From Daphnia carinata (Eukaryota), in contig NC_081331.1 in NCBI RefSeq assembly GCF_022539665.2, positions 7,688,001 through 7,752,000 on the forward strand: a stretch of DNA of 64,000 nt. The letters are read 5' to 3'. The notes beneath the pieces were generated by a model. That model had not been told where the DNA came from, did not search any database, and saw nothing but the letters and a program-made list of their open reading frames with translations. Position 1 is the first letter of the stretch, and every line of letters begins with the position of its first letter. This document shows, piece after piece, positions 12,803-24,800 of the stretch. The position numbers and the translations under genes were made by a program.

Positions 12803-15469
12803 CAGGCTTGGGACTATCGTACCGATACTCGATGAAATAGTCGTCGTAAATAGTTTTTTTTAATTTCCCGACTGTCGCTCGATACTTTTTGAAATGAGTA
12901 TCGATCGATAATCGGAAAACCATCGATCGATGAAATAGCCGATACCGATACTTTTGAAAATAAAAAAAAGTGCAGACGTTTATTCTTGACTCAATTTGTC
13001 ATACCTGGTATTGTTGTCAACATGAGTAAACCGACCATTTTCGTACATCCCGATTTTTTTACATTTCATGAACCCGCAGAAAAGGCTGGTAATTCTCTGT
13101 ACATATGTGCAAATTTTCCGAGTAAAATTAAGAGCAGTGGTCAAGTTAAAACAATTTCTGTAAGTGATATATCTCGACAAAACTTGTATTCGCATTTGTC
13201 GTCCAAACACCCTGGATTGTTGTCATCGTTTAAAGCTGCTTGCCTTCGTGGCGAATCGCAACCAAAAAAAGAAAGTGTGACGACGTTGTAGATTTGGACG
13301 GAATTGAAAATAATCCCAGTAAAAGGCAAGCTACAATCCAAGAATCACTTACATTAAAATTAAGGAAGCCACCAAAGCCTGTTCTCACGCAAGAAGAATT
13401 TGACAATGTAGTTCTAAATTACGTCGTGGACAGTGTTTTGCCTTTGAGACACGTAGAAACTGATCCATTTCGTGAACTCATGAAAAATGTTTCACCAAGT
13501 ATGATTCAATAATTCACAATTACTACAAACATATTTTAATTTCTTTTACCTTTTCAGATCACGTAGTAATGTGCAGGAAAACTTTGGCAAAGAGACTATT
13601 GGCTAAATATATCACGGCAAAAGAGAAAATCATTGATCATTTATTGAAACTTAATCATGTTTGCACAACCGCAGACCTTTGGACTGCTCATGGGAAGTCT
13701 TATGTAGGGATGACTTGTCATTGGCTACACCCTACAACGTTCGAAAGGAATAGTATATGTCTTGCTATTCGAAGAGTTGTTGGCAGACACACATACAATG
13801 TTATTGCATCTAGTCTAGACGCAATCAATGTAGAATTTGGTGTAGAAAATAAGACTGTCCTCACAATTACCGATTCAGGATCAAACATGTTGAAGGCGTT
13901 CAAATTGTTTGGAGCAGAGCCAGTTATAAATGAGCCGGACTCTGCTGAAGAAGATGATTGCTTTAATGGCGAAGATGTTGTCCGTACAGATTTGGACTTT
14001 GCATTGTTAAATATTGATTCCGAAGAAGAACTTTATAGACTACCGATGCACTCTCCTTGTGCTGCGCACCTATTAAGTCTTTTAGCGAAAGCAGATGCAG
14101 ACAGTGCCTTATCAAACGCTCAGTTCAAGAAAAAGTCAAGATCAGCTATTGGGAAATTACAAGGCATCTTTAATAAACAACAGCGATCCTCTTTAAGTAA
14201 AGACAAAATAAAGGAACTATTGGGTATGATTCATATCATCATCATCATCCCTTAACTCTTGAATTACATGAACTTCAAGAGTTAAGGGATGATGATGATG
14301 TTTATTTTGCAGTTAGGTTTATTTATTTTTTTTTACGTTTTTAGGAACGTTGTTTGTCATTCCCAACGATACTCGTTGGAATGCTTGGTTTGACGCAATC
14401 AAGCATGTGCACAACTTGGTATCAGATTTAGTCACCGTGAAGAAAGTGAAAAGTAATCTGAAAGCAGTTTGTGAATTTTTAAAAATACCAGTTCTTACTT
14501 CTGAAGACTACTTGTTCATTTCTGAGTATGTATCAGTGATGACCCCAGTTTCTTATGCTTTGGATGTTTTACAAGGGGAACAACACACTCAAGTTTCATC
14601 TGGATATTTGCTGCCAACTATAGTTGTGATTCGCAGACGCCTTGCCGAACTTGCATTAAAGGAACCACCACTTGCAATTTGCAAACCCCTTGTGGAAGCT
14701 TTACAAGAAGGCCTTTCGAAACGTTTTGACCGCTTTTTTAAACTAGAATATTTTCAATTGGCAGCTGCCCTTCATCCCAAGTTTAAGCTTAACTGGTTGG
14801 ATTACCAAGATGAAGAAGACTTGAAACTGAAAAACCAAATTATTACAAGGATTGAAACTAAACTACAGGCAATCGATGCAGAAAAAAGTTCAAGTTTAAA
14901 CAAATCTGTTTCACCAGAAGACGAAAGAGATTTTTTTACCCTTCTTTCAAAAGGAGGAAAACAAGAAAATTTTTCCAATAGTGTCTGGAAAATGGAACTG
15001 AGTCGCTACCTTGAATCCAAGAACACCGCTGAGCTTTCATGCCTTAATCAATTTCCATTGATAAAGCAACTGTTCCACTACTATAATGTTGGTCTCCCAG
15101 GAAGTGCTGCTTGTGAACGTCTCTTTTCTCTCGGTGGTCGCATTCTCACTCCTATGCGCACGCTTTTAGGCGACATTAATTTTGAAATGCTTGTTTTCCT
15201 GCGTAGTAATAAGAAAGTTGTTGATAGTCACTAATGTATTCTGGATTTCATATCCATATTTTTCATATTCATATTCCTGCTCCTTTTATTGTACAGTATT
15301 CTTTTTTATTCAATTTTTTTTCAAAAATAAAATCATCGCAAAATCATCGTTCATCGCGATACCGATACTTTTTTTATGAACTGTCGCCCTATATTCGAAA
15401 ATAGAAAAAAACAAGGGTATCGCTATCGTAATCGAAAATGGTTTTTCAAAGTATCGGTTCCCAAGCCTG
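12803..15469 (+). mobile_element. hAT DNA transposon
   Basis: TIRs CAGGCTTGGGA...TCCCAAGCCTG, 8-bp TSD GATCTAGA (12795-12802 and 15470-15477), subterminal GATAC/GTATC repeats. Confidence 0.95.
13022..15234 (+). pseudogene. hAT transposase with two introns (~13499-13557, ~14225-14344) and a frameshift in the A-run at ~13264-13270
   Basis: Degenerate BED finger (NLYSHLSSKHP), TTADLWT, ITDSGSNM, CAAH, DTRWN, AAALHPKFK, SAACERLFS. Confidence 0.9.
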
Positions 15470-17201
15470 GATCTAGACATATACGAATGTCTCCGTCAGG
15501 CTTGCCCACCACCATCATTCTGCTGACCCATTCAGTGGGTTCACTAACGGGCGTAATAATACCCTCAGCTACCATCTGGTCCAACTTCTTGTACACCTTG
15601 TCTTCAAGTCGAAATGGGAGGCGATTTGCAGCACACACAACCGGGTCTACCCGATTTGCGCCCGACATTAATCTAATGTCGTACTCAACTGGTAGCCGGC
15701 CCAGGCCAGTGAACACATCCATAAACTCCGACACGATTGCTGGTAATGGTGGACTAGGAGGCAGAGTTATTGAGTCAACACGGCTGATCAGGTTCATTCT
15801 TTCACACGTTGGCAGTCCAAGTATCGGTGGCTGGCCCGGTTCATCAACAACCACAAAGTCTACTATAAAAACACTATCTCGGTGAACAACTTTACAGGAC
15901 TGCAGGCCGATCACACACAAGAAGCCATTTGCCCCGTAACTACGTACTCGAGGACCAGGTCTAAGACGTCGACGTCGAGCCGGAATGCGCATGAACAGTT
16001 CCTTGGGTAAGACATTACACGTGGCCCCAGAATCAAGCTTAAAGTTAATGACGGCGCCTTCCACTAACAACTTTTGAAACCACTCTGAAGTCCCACGAAC
16101 GGACTGGATGGAGTGGCAGACATAGTCATCAGTGAACGAGCGCGGAACCACCATCACCGTTCCCCCACGTTGTGTATCACCAACCCAGGCTGTATCAATT
16201 TCACTTCGCTCTTCCTCTGCCACCGCATGTACTTGCCGTGTTGGCCCTTTAGGGTTTGGTTGCGTTGGGAATTGAAGATCGTTGCGAGGTCGTGTGCACC
16301 GACTTGCCAGATGGCCCAGCATACCACACCTGAAGCATGTCAGTCCAGCAGCACGGCACTGATTCTTTTTATGTCGACGGCCACAAGCATTACAGTTTGA
16401 AAACTGTTGAGCGCTGTTATGTTGTGTCAAAGGGCGGTTTGTCTTAGCATGGGCAGTATTAGCAAGCCCTGTTGAGTAATCTGGTTTCGTTGAGGGTACA
16501 TCAGTAGCAATGCGATGAACCACTCCTTATTCCGACGAAGTAGCAATCTGAGATAGCTGAGCTTTAGAGGCCTCACACGCACGTACAATTTCACATGCCT
16601 TAGCCAGCTGTAGGTTTTGTTCAAACAGCAGTTTTTCACGAACTAATGGGTCAAAGACTCCCAGCACTATTTGGTCACGCAACATTGCTTCTACAGCATT
16701 TTTGTTTCCATAATTACACGACTTTACGAGGCTACGTAAATCAACCAACCACGTTGTGAAGGACTCACCCGGCTGCTGATGGCGTCTCAGAAACTTAAAA
16801 CCTTCATACACCTCGCTACGTCGAGGCTAAAAATGTGCATCAAAAAGATCCAAAACTGGTTTTATCTTTTTGGCATCAGCTCTATTGGCAAACGTAAATG
16901 TTTCATACACCTTGAGACCCTCAACACCAAGCAAAGTTAGCAGCACCCCTACCAGAATCTCCTCGTCTGTTTCAGTTTTTCGCGTGGCTTTGAGATACCA
17001 CTCAAACTGTCTACGCCACACGCCCCACTCAGCTGCTAAATCACCAGCACTGAAGGAGAACGGGTCTGGGGTTTTCAACGACAAAGCCATTATTAAATAG
17101 ACTTATCAACGTGTACGGTTTGTGGACGCCACTGTCTCTTCTGTTCGCCACACGTGGTTCTTTGTTCTCTTCGCGGATTCAGACACGCACTTCTGACACC
17201 A

Positions 17202-17346
17202 TATAGTAGTTTTAAGTGCGTAGCACCGACTGCCTCTTTATTCTCTAGTTCTGCATGAGGGTTATAGCCATGAATACCATGACATCTAGCGGCCACTGTT
17301 ACACACACACACACACGCAGGGCTCACTAGTTAGGTATTCACAACA
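17202..17346 (-). repeat. 5' LTR, 145 bp
   Basis: Direct repeat of 9969-10111 with one extra CA unit; adjacent to the PBS. Confidence 0.95.
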
Positions 17347-19169
17347 TCAACTAACTTCACATGTTGAGTATTGTTTCCTGAAAGATGAACTACAGTGGCT
17401 CCAGTCCGTCCAGGTGCTTTTTGAATGTACCTTGTAGCAAAAATGGACTAGAGCTAAGGCTGGATGGAAATCGTTTCCACTTACAGGCAACTAAGGGGGA
17501 GTCAGGCGTTTCTGGGTCTGTCTCCCATTGGAATGTTGCTGCCTCTGAGCCTTCCAGATGTAGTGATATATTTAAAAAAACCTTTTCAATGTCTGCTATA
17601 AATGCGACTCGATTCCATCGAACACCGGACGAATCCTTGTTGTTGTTTTATCCTGTCGGATGACAGATCAGTGTGGAGTCCTTCATAAGCTAGGTCTGAT
17701 TTTTCGACTAAGTTTTGGACTCGCAATTGTTCGATTTCCTAGGGGTTAGCTGACACAAGCGATGCCATTTTTTTTAGTCTATTTAAAAGACTCTCCAGTC
17801 TCCCTTTTGTCATGAAAATTGTTTTCTAACCTCCATTTATCTTTTTTGCCAGGATTGGGGTAAAGTATCGCCCATCTTCTTGACGTGATTTTGTGATTTT
17901 GTCTACGAAGGAGCAAAGAGGGTCGTCTGGCTCCCCTGCATCGCAATCGTCTAAGATGGTGAAGTGTTCCAGCTTCCAAAACGTTGATAAACCAAAATCC
18001 TTCTGCCGTTTAATTCTTCTTTTGCAATTTGTCTTATTTTTTTGCTTTAAGCTTTAAGTTTGGGCTGTGTTCGTTTATGAAATTTTCTTCCGTAGGCGTA
18101 GGGTGTGGAGACGAAGTTCCTTGCTCTCCTTTCCATCCGCCACACTGCTCTTTTTTTCGGGAGTGCTCGTAATGATTTCTTTGGAATCAAGGAAGCCATG
18201 TTTATGATGCTACTATTTAGGCTGTTGAAAAGCTATTACATTGCAGCATGTGCCGGATTATCACCCTTCTTTTTTAAATGTTTTTTCGAAGGTCCCAATA
18301 TCATTCGCCCTAGCTTTGTGTTGTAAGCTCTTAGGTCGCACGGGCTTTGGGTAGCTGCTTCATTTGGGATTATCTCAAACATCTAGTCTTCCCTGATCAG
18401 AATTCCGACATCTTTTACTTGGCTGTTGGTTTTGAATCTTTCATCAGCCGTATTTTTGTTCTCTAGCCAGAATTTTCTTACGAATGTTGTGTGGGAATAT
18501 GGTCCACTGCCTCCGATATAATCCTTTTCCGTGCTGAACTTTGATTAGACGGGCTCCATGCCAGTAAAAAGCATTGTCCCGGTAAAGAGAAAGACGTAAC
18601 TTGTTTTTAAGACAAATAACTAGAGCTGTCGCGTGGGCCTTCGGCAAGATGAAGAAGGCGGAGAGGGAGGCGAATGCAGTTACAATTAGCACGTACTACA
18701 TTGCATTACATGGTAGTTGGCAAAAGCAAGTGTGAGCGCCTGTGTGAGCGACACCTACAGCCGCGACATGCTTGCAAGATTTTTGCGATCAACGGTATGT
18801 CTTAACAATAAATAGTAGAAATATTTTTTTAATGTACCTTCTTTCAATAGATGTGAATCAATTATCAACCACATCTAAGGAATTTTTTCAAATAAAGTTT
18901 ACAAAATGGAAAGCAATGTTTACAAACCAACATTGGCTGAAGTTTGGGGCAGCTTGTTTTCGTCTGCTACGAAGCAGACGTAATTTTAAAAATGCCAACT
19001 ACGCGAATTTCGCGAACTGGCAACGTTTAAGCAGACCGTCACCCTTTGTTCTCAGTGTTCCTTGTCCTTTAGTTAAGCAGAGAACGCCATTTTTGTCTCT
19101 TGTTTTTGGGATATTTTTTAGGAATATCTCTGTTCAAAGTTGGAATAGGAAGCAATCGAATGAGAGAGA

Positions 19170-19403
19170 GAAATGAAAGAGTTGATGCTGCTATGTCGCG
19201 TAAAGCCCAATTAATGATGAACCTTGAAACACAATCTGCATCTTGAGAAGGCGCAATGGCGCTTTTTAGCACCTCGAAAAGATGAGAAGCACTATCCAGT
19301 TGGCCATTTGCCCCACGATTCCTATAGTTGAGACAATGAAGCCTATAATGAGGAAGACCTTTCGAGGTACCTCGTTGAAATCGAGTTTCGTCGAGTTTCC
19401 CAT
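19170..19403 (-). pseudogene. Class A GPCR (possibly opsin-like) TM1-TM2 fragment
   Basis: FLIIGFIVSTIGIVGQMANWIVLLIFSR, then after a possible 50-bp GT..AG intron FIINWALRDIAAS, resembling the INLAxxD motif. No later transmembrane segments. Confidence 0.6.
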
Positions 19404-19737
19404 ACCGTTGATGCTATTTGTGAGTTTCCTGTTGTAATTCACTTGTTCGGCAGCTGAAATTCGAAAAGCGATCAAAGATCACCCTGGCCATAAATAAACA
19501 AAACACGCCAAGGAAATCCGTACCTATTTTGGAACGGAATTTTGAGAAAGCCAACTTCTGAAAGCGTTAATCGTTGTTGTCTCAGAAAATATGGGTATAA
19601 AGTAGTTGTGTTGACTATACTGAGAAAAGGGACATGGTCTAGTTTCTGGTTAGAACATTTGTAGTTTATTTCGTGGTTTGGAAAATAAAATGCCGCTAAC
19701 AACAATAAAGTGAAACAAGAAACATTTTTTCAGGTTG

Positions 19738-21516
19738 TTAATCTTCTTGTTTGACGGTTGGTTTTGGTTCTTCACCGCTGATGCGCTTGAGAGCAAGAGC
19801 TAGCCAATTAGCGTAGATAGAGATGGAGACCTCTTGCGCATTATCAATATGCACAGGTGCGTTTTGATCATCTTCCTGTTGGAATAGATATAGAACCGCG
19901 AAATTAATTGTATGAAATGAATGTATGATTTGTTGTTGTTTCTATAGTAATCATATTGCTGGTGTACATTTACCTCTTCGTCGATGCTAATGGTCATGTC
20001 TAGTAGTTTTCCCAAAGCAGCTGATTTTGCTTTGGAAGCGGTGATGACGGGGTCTTTCGTCATTTCGCTAGACAAGAGCTTCGCATCTTTGCCTATAAGA
20101 AGAAAAAGTTGTTTGTTATTGAATTTTACAATTGTATATATTTGAATGTAGTGGCTGCTTTTCAACTTACCGAAAATCACGGTTAACATAGACAAAGCAA
20201 CGCGGGCCTCGTGAGTTTTCCCGTCGATGTCAGAAAGTACTACTTGTACGGTTGGATGGAATCGAGCTCGAGCTCGAGAGGTACGACATCTTCGGCATTT
20301 AAATGCAGTTCCGTCAGCGTTTTTGCTACACACTTCTTGGGCGCACTGGGCGCACACTTGGTAACCCATTGTGATGATGTTGACGATGGCTGTGACAACG
20401 TTGGCTTTTTTACCTGGCGTTTCCATGAGCTTGCTTGTTATCCCATGGATACTAGGGAAGTGTGGTGCAACCGCCTTCGCTTTCTTGCCTTTCGTGTTGG
20501 GGAGTGGCGGATAAGGTGTGGGTACAGTTTCATCGCCATCCGTGTCGCTTAAATCGATGTATTCGCAAGGGTTGTAATCCAAGTGCCTGGCGACTTTCTT
20601 GTCTTTGCGCCCACTGCTACGGTATTGTCGATGCTGTTGATTGGTGAACCCCGTTTCTTTGACATCCTTGTCGTCGACGGCATGGAAGCTCCTCTTATAT
20701 GGTGTCTGTTGAGCGGTAGGCTGCTCGATGACAGGAATTTTACTGCTGCTATTTGGTTGGCTGGTTTGATAGGATGGGCCAGGTGTGTTGTTATAGCTGT
20801 CGTCGAGTTCCTTGTCCCATTTTTTGCTGTTTTTCAGTGAGCGTTGAGGTGTTATTTCCGGCCGGTCTTCTTCACTAAACGCGTTGTGCGTCTCTTCGTT
20901 AGATCCGGTGTTGCCCAACTGTTGAGCGTCATCTTCGGCGTTCAGAAGAATGATCTGTTTTATTAAATTGGTATCATGAACGATTCCTTTTAGTGTGCTT
21001 GCGGTCAATAGTTACCTGCTGGACTGAGTTGAGTGTCAGTACAAAATTGTGTCCCTGAAACCCACCGAATCCTGCGACATGAGGACGCACTGTGGGAGAA
21101 ATTAATTTGTAGGTGCATCCCTCCTGTAATTGCAAAGCGTGAATGCAATGTTTGTCGCATTATTTTGGCATAATTCACCTAGAAAGAATCCTACCTGTAG
21201 ATGAGCGTGGATTGCATCTGTATTGTGTTTAAACACCTTTGCGGCGATCTCATGCCTGCTATCTTCAGGATCTTGGAGGCGAAATTCACACCACGGGTCG
21301 CCAGACTGGAGACCGTATTGGATGTCGGGTTTAATGGACAATTTCGCCTTTATAAACCAACTGTATGTAGATGGAAACAATGGTGAGATTTGGTTTACTT
21401 GGAGTTTATTTTGTTGTAAAAGAATGAACCGTTGAGAGTTAAAAAGAGACTTACGGTTGGGGCAGTTTTGCCGACGTGATTTGTTGAATTTTGAATTCAC
21501 GCATATTAGTGTTCAT
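19738..21516 (-). CDS. RPA70-like ssDNA-binding protein, multi-exon, inside the Helitron-like element
   Basis: Spliced N-terminal OB-fold-like WFIKAKLSIKPDI...EFRLQD...EIAAKVFKHNTDAIHAHLQEGCTYKL, a low-complexity linker, then a zinc-ribbon OB fold YQVCAQCAQEV...FKCRRC...VQVVLSD. GT..AG boundaries are visible. Confidence 0.72.
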
Positions 21517-21871
21517 CGGATTCTGGTAGTTATTTATGGCTATGGAGATGTCTAGGAGCACTTGCGATACCAACCGAAAAAAGAACTCACTCGATAGTAG
21601 ACTGCTTTGCGGTGGTGCTCTACATGGAATGGCCCAACACTGTAATGAAAATGTTAGTGTTGTGTGAAAATCGTCTGTAATCAGAATGGGTTAATCGGAA
21701 CGTAAGCGTCGTTTATGATACAGACGATCAACGTTAGATTCTCCCCCTTCGGCTTCCTTTGATTTTTTTTTTTGCCGTTATTAAGAAAGCTATTGGAGGT
21801 TCAGGAAAGATTCTTGGAATGGTTGCAAAGGGAATTGATCATGCCGGAATTGACTAAATACTTATTGTTAG

Positions 21872-24800
21872 CTAACGACGTGATTTTCCTACTGGGAAAT
21901 TAAAGAAAAACTGGCATCGCAAATTCATTGTCAATGGGGCGCTATATTTTTTTCTTTCTATGAATATTACACTGTTCGGTATTTGCTTTTCTTCTCCAGT
22001 AGATGCATGATGGCTGGTAGTAACGTCATTGTCGCTCAGGGACTTACAACGGCTGTACGACCACTTTCCAGTTTTCGGGTTGAATCCTTTTTCCCATAAG
22101 GCCAGCTTCGGGTCCCATTTATAGCGCTCTAAGTATTTGAGAGTTGTGCCTTCACGAAGTGGAATTAAGCGCAGATTGGCGCTTTTCCGGACCCTCGAAA
22201 GGAGTACGTAAAGATGTGGTAAACTCAGATAGGGCATAAATTTGCGTTGGTTCAATTCCAGAATGAGTTTGTCGCTGTTTTGTCCTTGAACCTAATGGAA
22301 TTCGTTTATTGTTATTAAATTATGGGGTTTGATTGTAATATAAGACATTCTTCTTTACCTTATAAGTTGTTAGGCTCATTTTGAGTTCGACCATATGTCG
22401 CGGAATTTTCACCTGAATGTTGCCTATTTCTCGAACATAGACTTTTTCTTTGTCTTGAACGTGATTCTGTAATGGGATAGGAATGACCACTTTTCCGGGA
22501 ACTATGGTGAGGCCAACAAAGTGATGTGGATTGGCCGTTGGCACTTCCACGTAGACGAAACGCGGTGGGTAGCACAGCCAAATGTCGCAGCACGTCGACT
22601 GAGTTCGATTTGAAACAGCGGAAGCGTTTTGAATTTGCTGCAATACGGATTCACGATATTCACAGGGGTCAAGGAAAAGACTGATAGATAACGGAAGTTC
22701 CGTTCGCCAGTTTCAGCAGAGGGTTGATGTTTTCGGTCAGAATACCAGGAGCCCCTTTGACGAAATAGTCGCGTGTAGTTGCGTTGTCTCGATACACAAG
22801 TCGCAGTTCATCTTCGGTGAGAGAGGCGGCAGCGTTCCCATTAAGGGAAGGTGCCAAAAGAAGCGGACCTGATTGTTCTCTAGCGCGAGATTGCCGGCTT
22901 GAAAGCCGTTGAGACTGTGTCTCTCTGCATTTGTGACGACAACGACTGGCGCCTGCGACCACGATGGGTCTTGATTAAAGTCGTCAGCAGACAGGAATTT
23001 GATACGCTGTAAGAGCTTGTCAACCGATATTGGTTTGCAATGAGGTCCTGTTTTGTTGTCGGCCAAACATACCAGAATAGAAAGAAAATTAACATGTGTG
23101 ACGTCAAGCCGTGAACGCCAAATTTTAAAATTTTCCGTTTTGTGTACCTGGATGGCGAATGTTATTTAACATTGCCATATGTGCTTCATCATCTGCGGCG
23201 CGAACTTGTTCCGTCAGATCTCTTCGTTCAAAGGTCATGAAAAGCTTGGCGCCCCATTCCGCCGCGGTTCCAGCGGGTAGTTTACGTTGGGAATAGAGAA
23301 TTGCCGCTTTAAATAGGGAATTGTACGCTGATTGTGTGGGCGGAATTTGGTACAAGTCGCCGATTAAGAAAATCTGTAAAGAAATTTTCTCGTAATTTTT
23401 TTACACATCGAAAACTGAATCAATAATACATTGAAGAGCATAACTGAAATGTGTGAATGAAAACCTACCCTCCAAATTCTAAGCGTAATCTTCCAGTCAG
23501 TTGTCGAAGTCTTTGGTCAATGTGCGCCAATGTTTCTGCTTTCAAAAAACTTATTTCGTCAATTGTAATGGCAACAAGCTCATCAACGTGAAAAGATGAT
23601 AGTTTTCTAGCATCCTGCAGTTTTGAAGACAGTTCGGACCAATTCACTATCCCGTTTGGACTTCTGGTTAGACCAATCAAATTATGAATCGTTATTCCAT
23701 AATGCAACGCTGTCGCCGCACTTCCAGTCGTAGCTGTAAAAGCTACCGATTTGGTGCTGTTGGTTGACCGTGGCACTTGTGAATCGTATTTTAATGCTAC
23801 ATCATGCATAGCGTGCGTGACAAACGATTTCCCTGTACCTGGTGCGCCGAGAACAAGTAGTTTGAGCGGAGTTGGTAGCTCGATCCCCATACGGCGTGCA
23901 GCACACACTTGCTTTAAGTAGTAGTCCCACTCGTTGACAATTCCTTTGGCCTTCGTTTAAATTTAGTGGTGGTGCCGCATTATCGTCTATGCAAGTGCCG
24001 GGTGGTTCACGCCCATCACTCTCACTTGATGCACCATCGTCACTAGCGCTGTTGTCTTGATCAAACTCTGATTAGAGAGGATCGTGAGGAAAGTTGTGTA
24101 CATTATAACATTCATTAGATTATTACCGTCTGTTTGTTGCTGCGTTGGGCTCAAGTCACTATCCGTGTTAGGTTTACATTTTCGAATGGCTCTAACTGTT
24201 TCTGCTGGATCTGACTGAATGTCGCAGGACAGCAAGTGGTTCACTTCAATGGGCAACTTGTCCGCGTCGTAGGTGGTTTGTGTTGGTCGTTGTTGCGTTT
24301 TCTTCTTCATGTCAGCCAGAGCTTCGATGGTACCTTTGATGTAATTGATCTTCGAATCTCCTCTAGTCGAAATAATATTTGTCTCCTCAATCATATCGTC
24401 GATGGCAGCCGCAGCGGCGATCAGCCTATTGCGTGCATCTGCGGATATTTCATCATCGTTGCCACCATGGCCACTTCTTATTTCTTCGCTTCCGTTGAAC
24501 TCAGACACATCTAGATCCACGCGGGGAAAATTTTTGAGCGAAGCGGATCCGTCAGCTTTGCCCCAAATAGTGGCCGATCGACAGTGAAATTTGCGGCCGG
24601 CTATGCGTGCCTCATTGTCCACTCGCATTCCATGGGCAACATTTTTCATCCATTGAAGTATAACACTATTTCGAAATGGCGGGTATTTGAAGCCTACGTT
24701 AAAGAATTTGAATGGAACTTAAAATAAAAAAACTGTTTTATCGCATTGAATACTGCCTTGCTTTATTCTATTTCCATATACTACCTGCTGCTGACAACAA

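Larger units (their letters stand above)
10285..17090 (-). pseudogene. gag-pol of the Mag-like element
   Basis: Gag MALSLKTPDPF...WGVWRRQF, knuckle CFRCGMLGHLASRC, protease KLDSGATCN, RT LPFGLKSAPEIYLQ/IYFDDFL, RNase H VDASSIGIGAVL/ETDHKPL, integrase HEGHFG...CPTC/TDNG/NGLVER. Stops at ~16827 and ~16527; interrupted by a hAT element in the ICLDP motif. Confidence 0.92.
9969..17346 (-). mobile_element. Ty3/Gypsy retrotransposon, Mag-like, full length but disrupted
   Basis: Near-identical LTRs at 9969-10111 and 17202-17346. 5-bp TSD TCAAC at 9964-9968 and 17347-17351. PBS TGGTGTCAGAAGTG (17188-17201) and PPT AGAGGGGAGA (10112-10121). Confidence 0.95.

Noticed and set aside
15376..15885. 169-aa plus-strand ORF
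   Set aside because: It is chimeric across the hAT end and the antisense strand of Gypsy pol.
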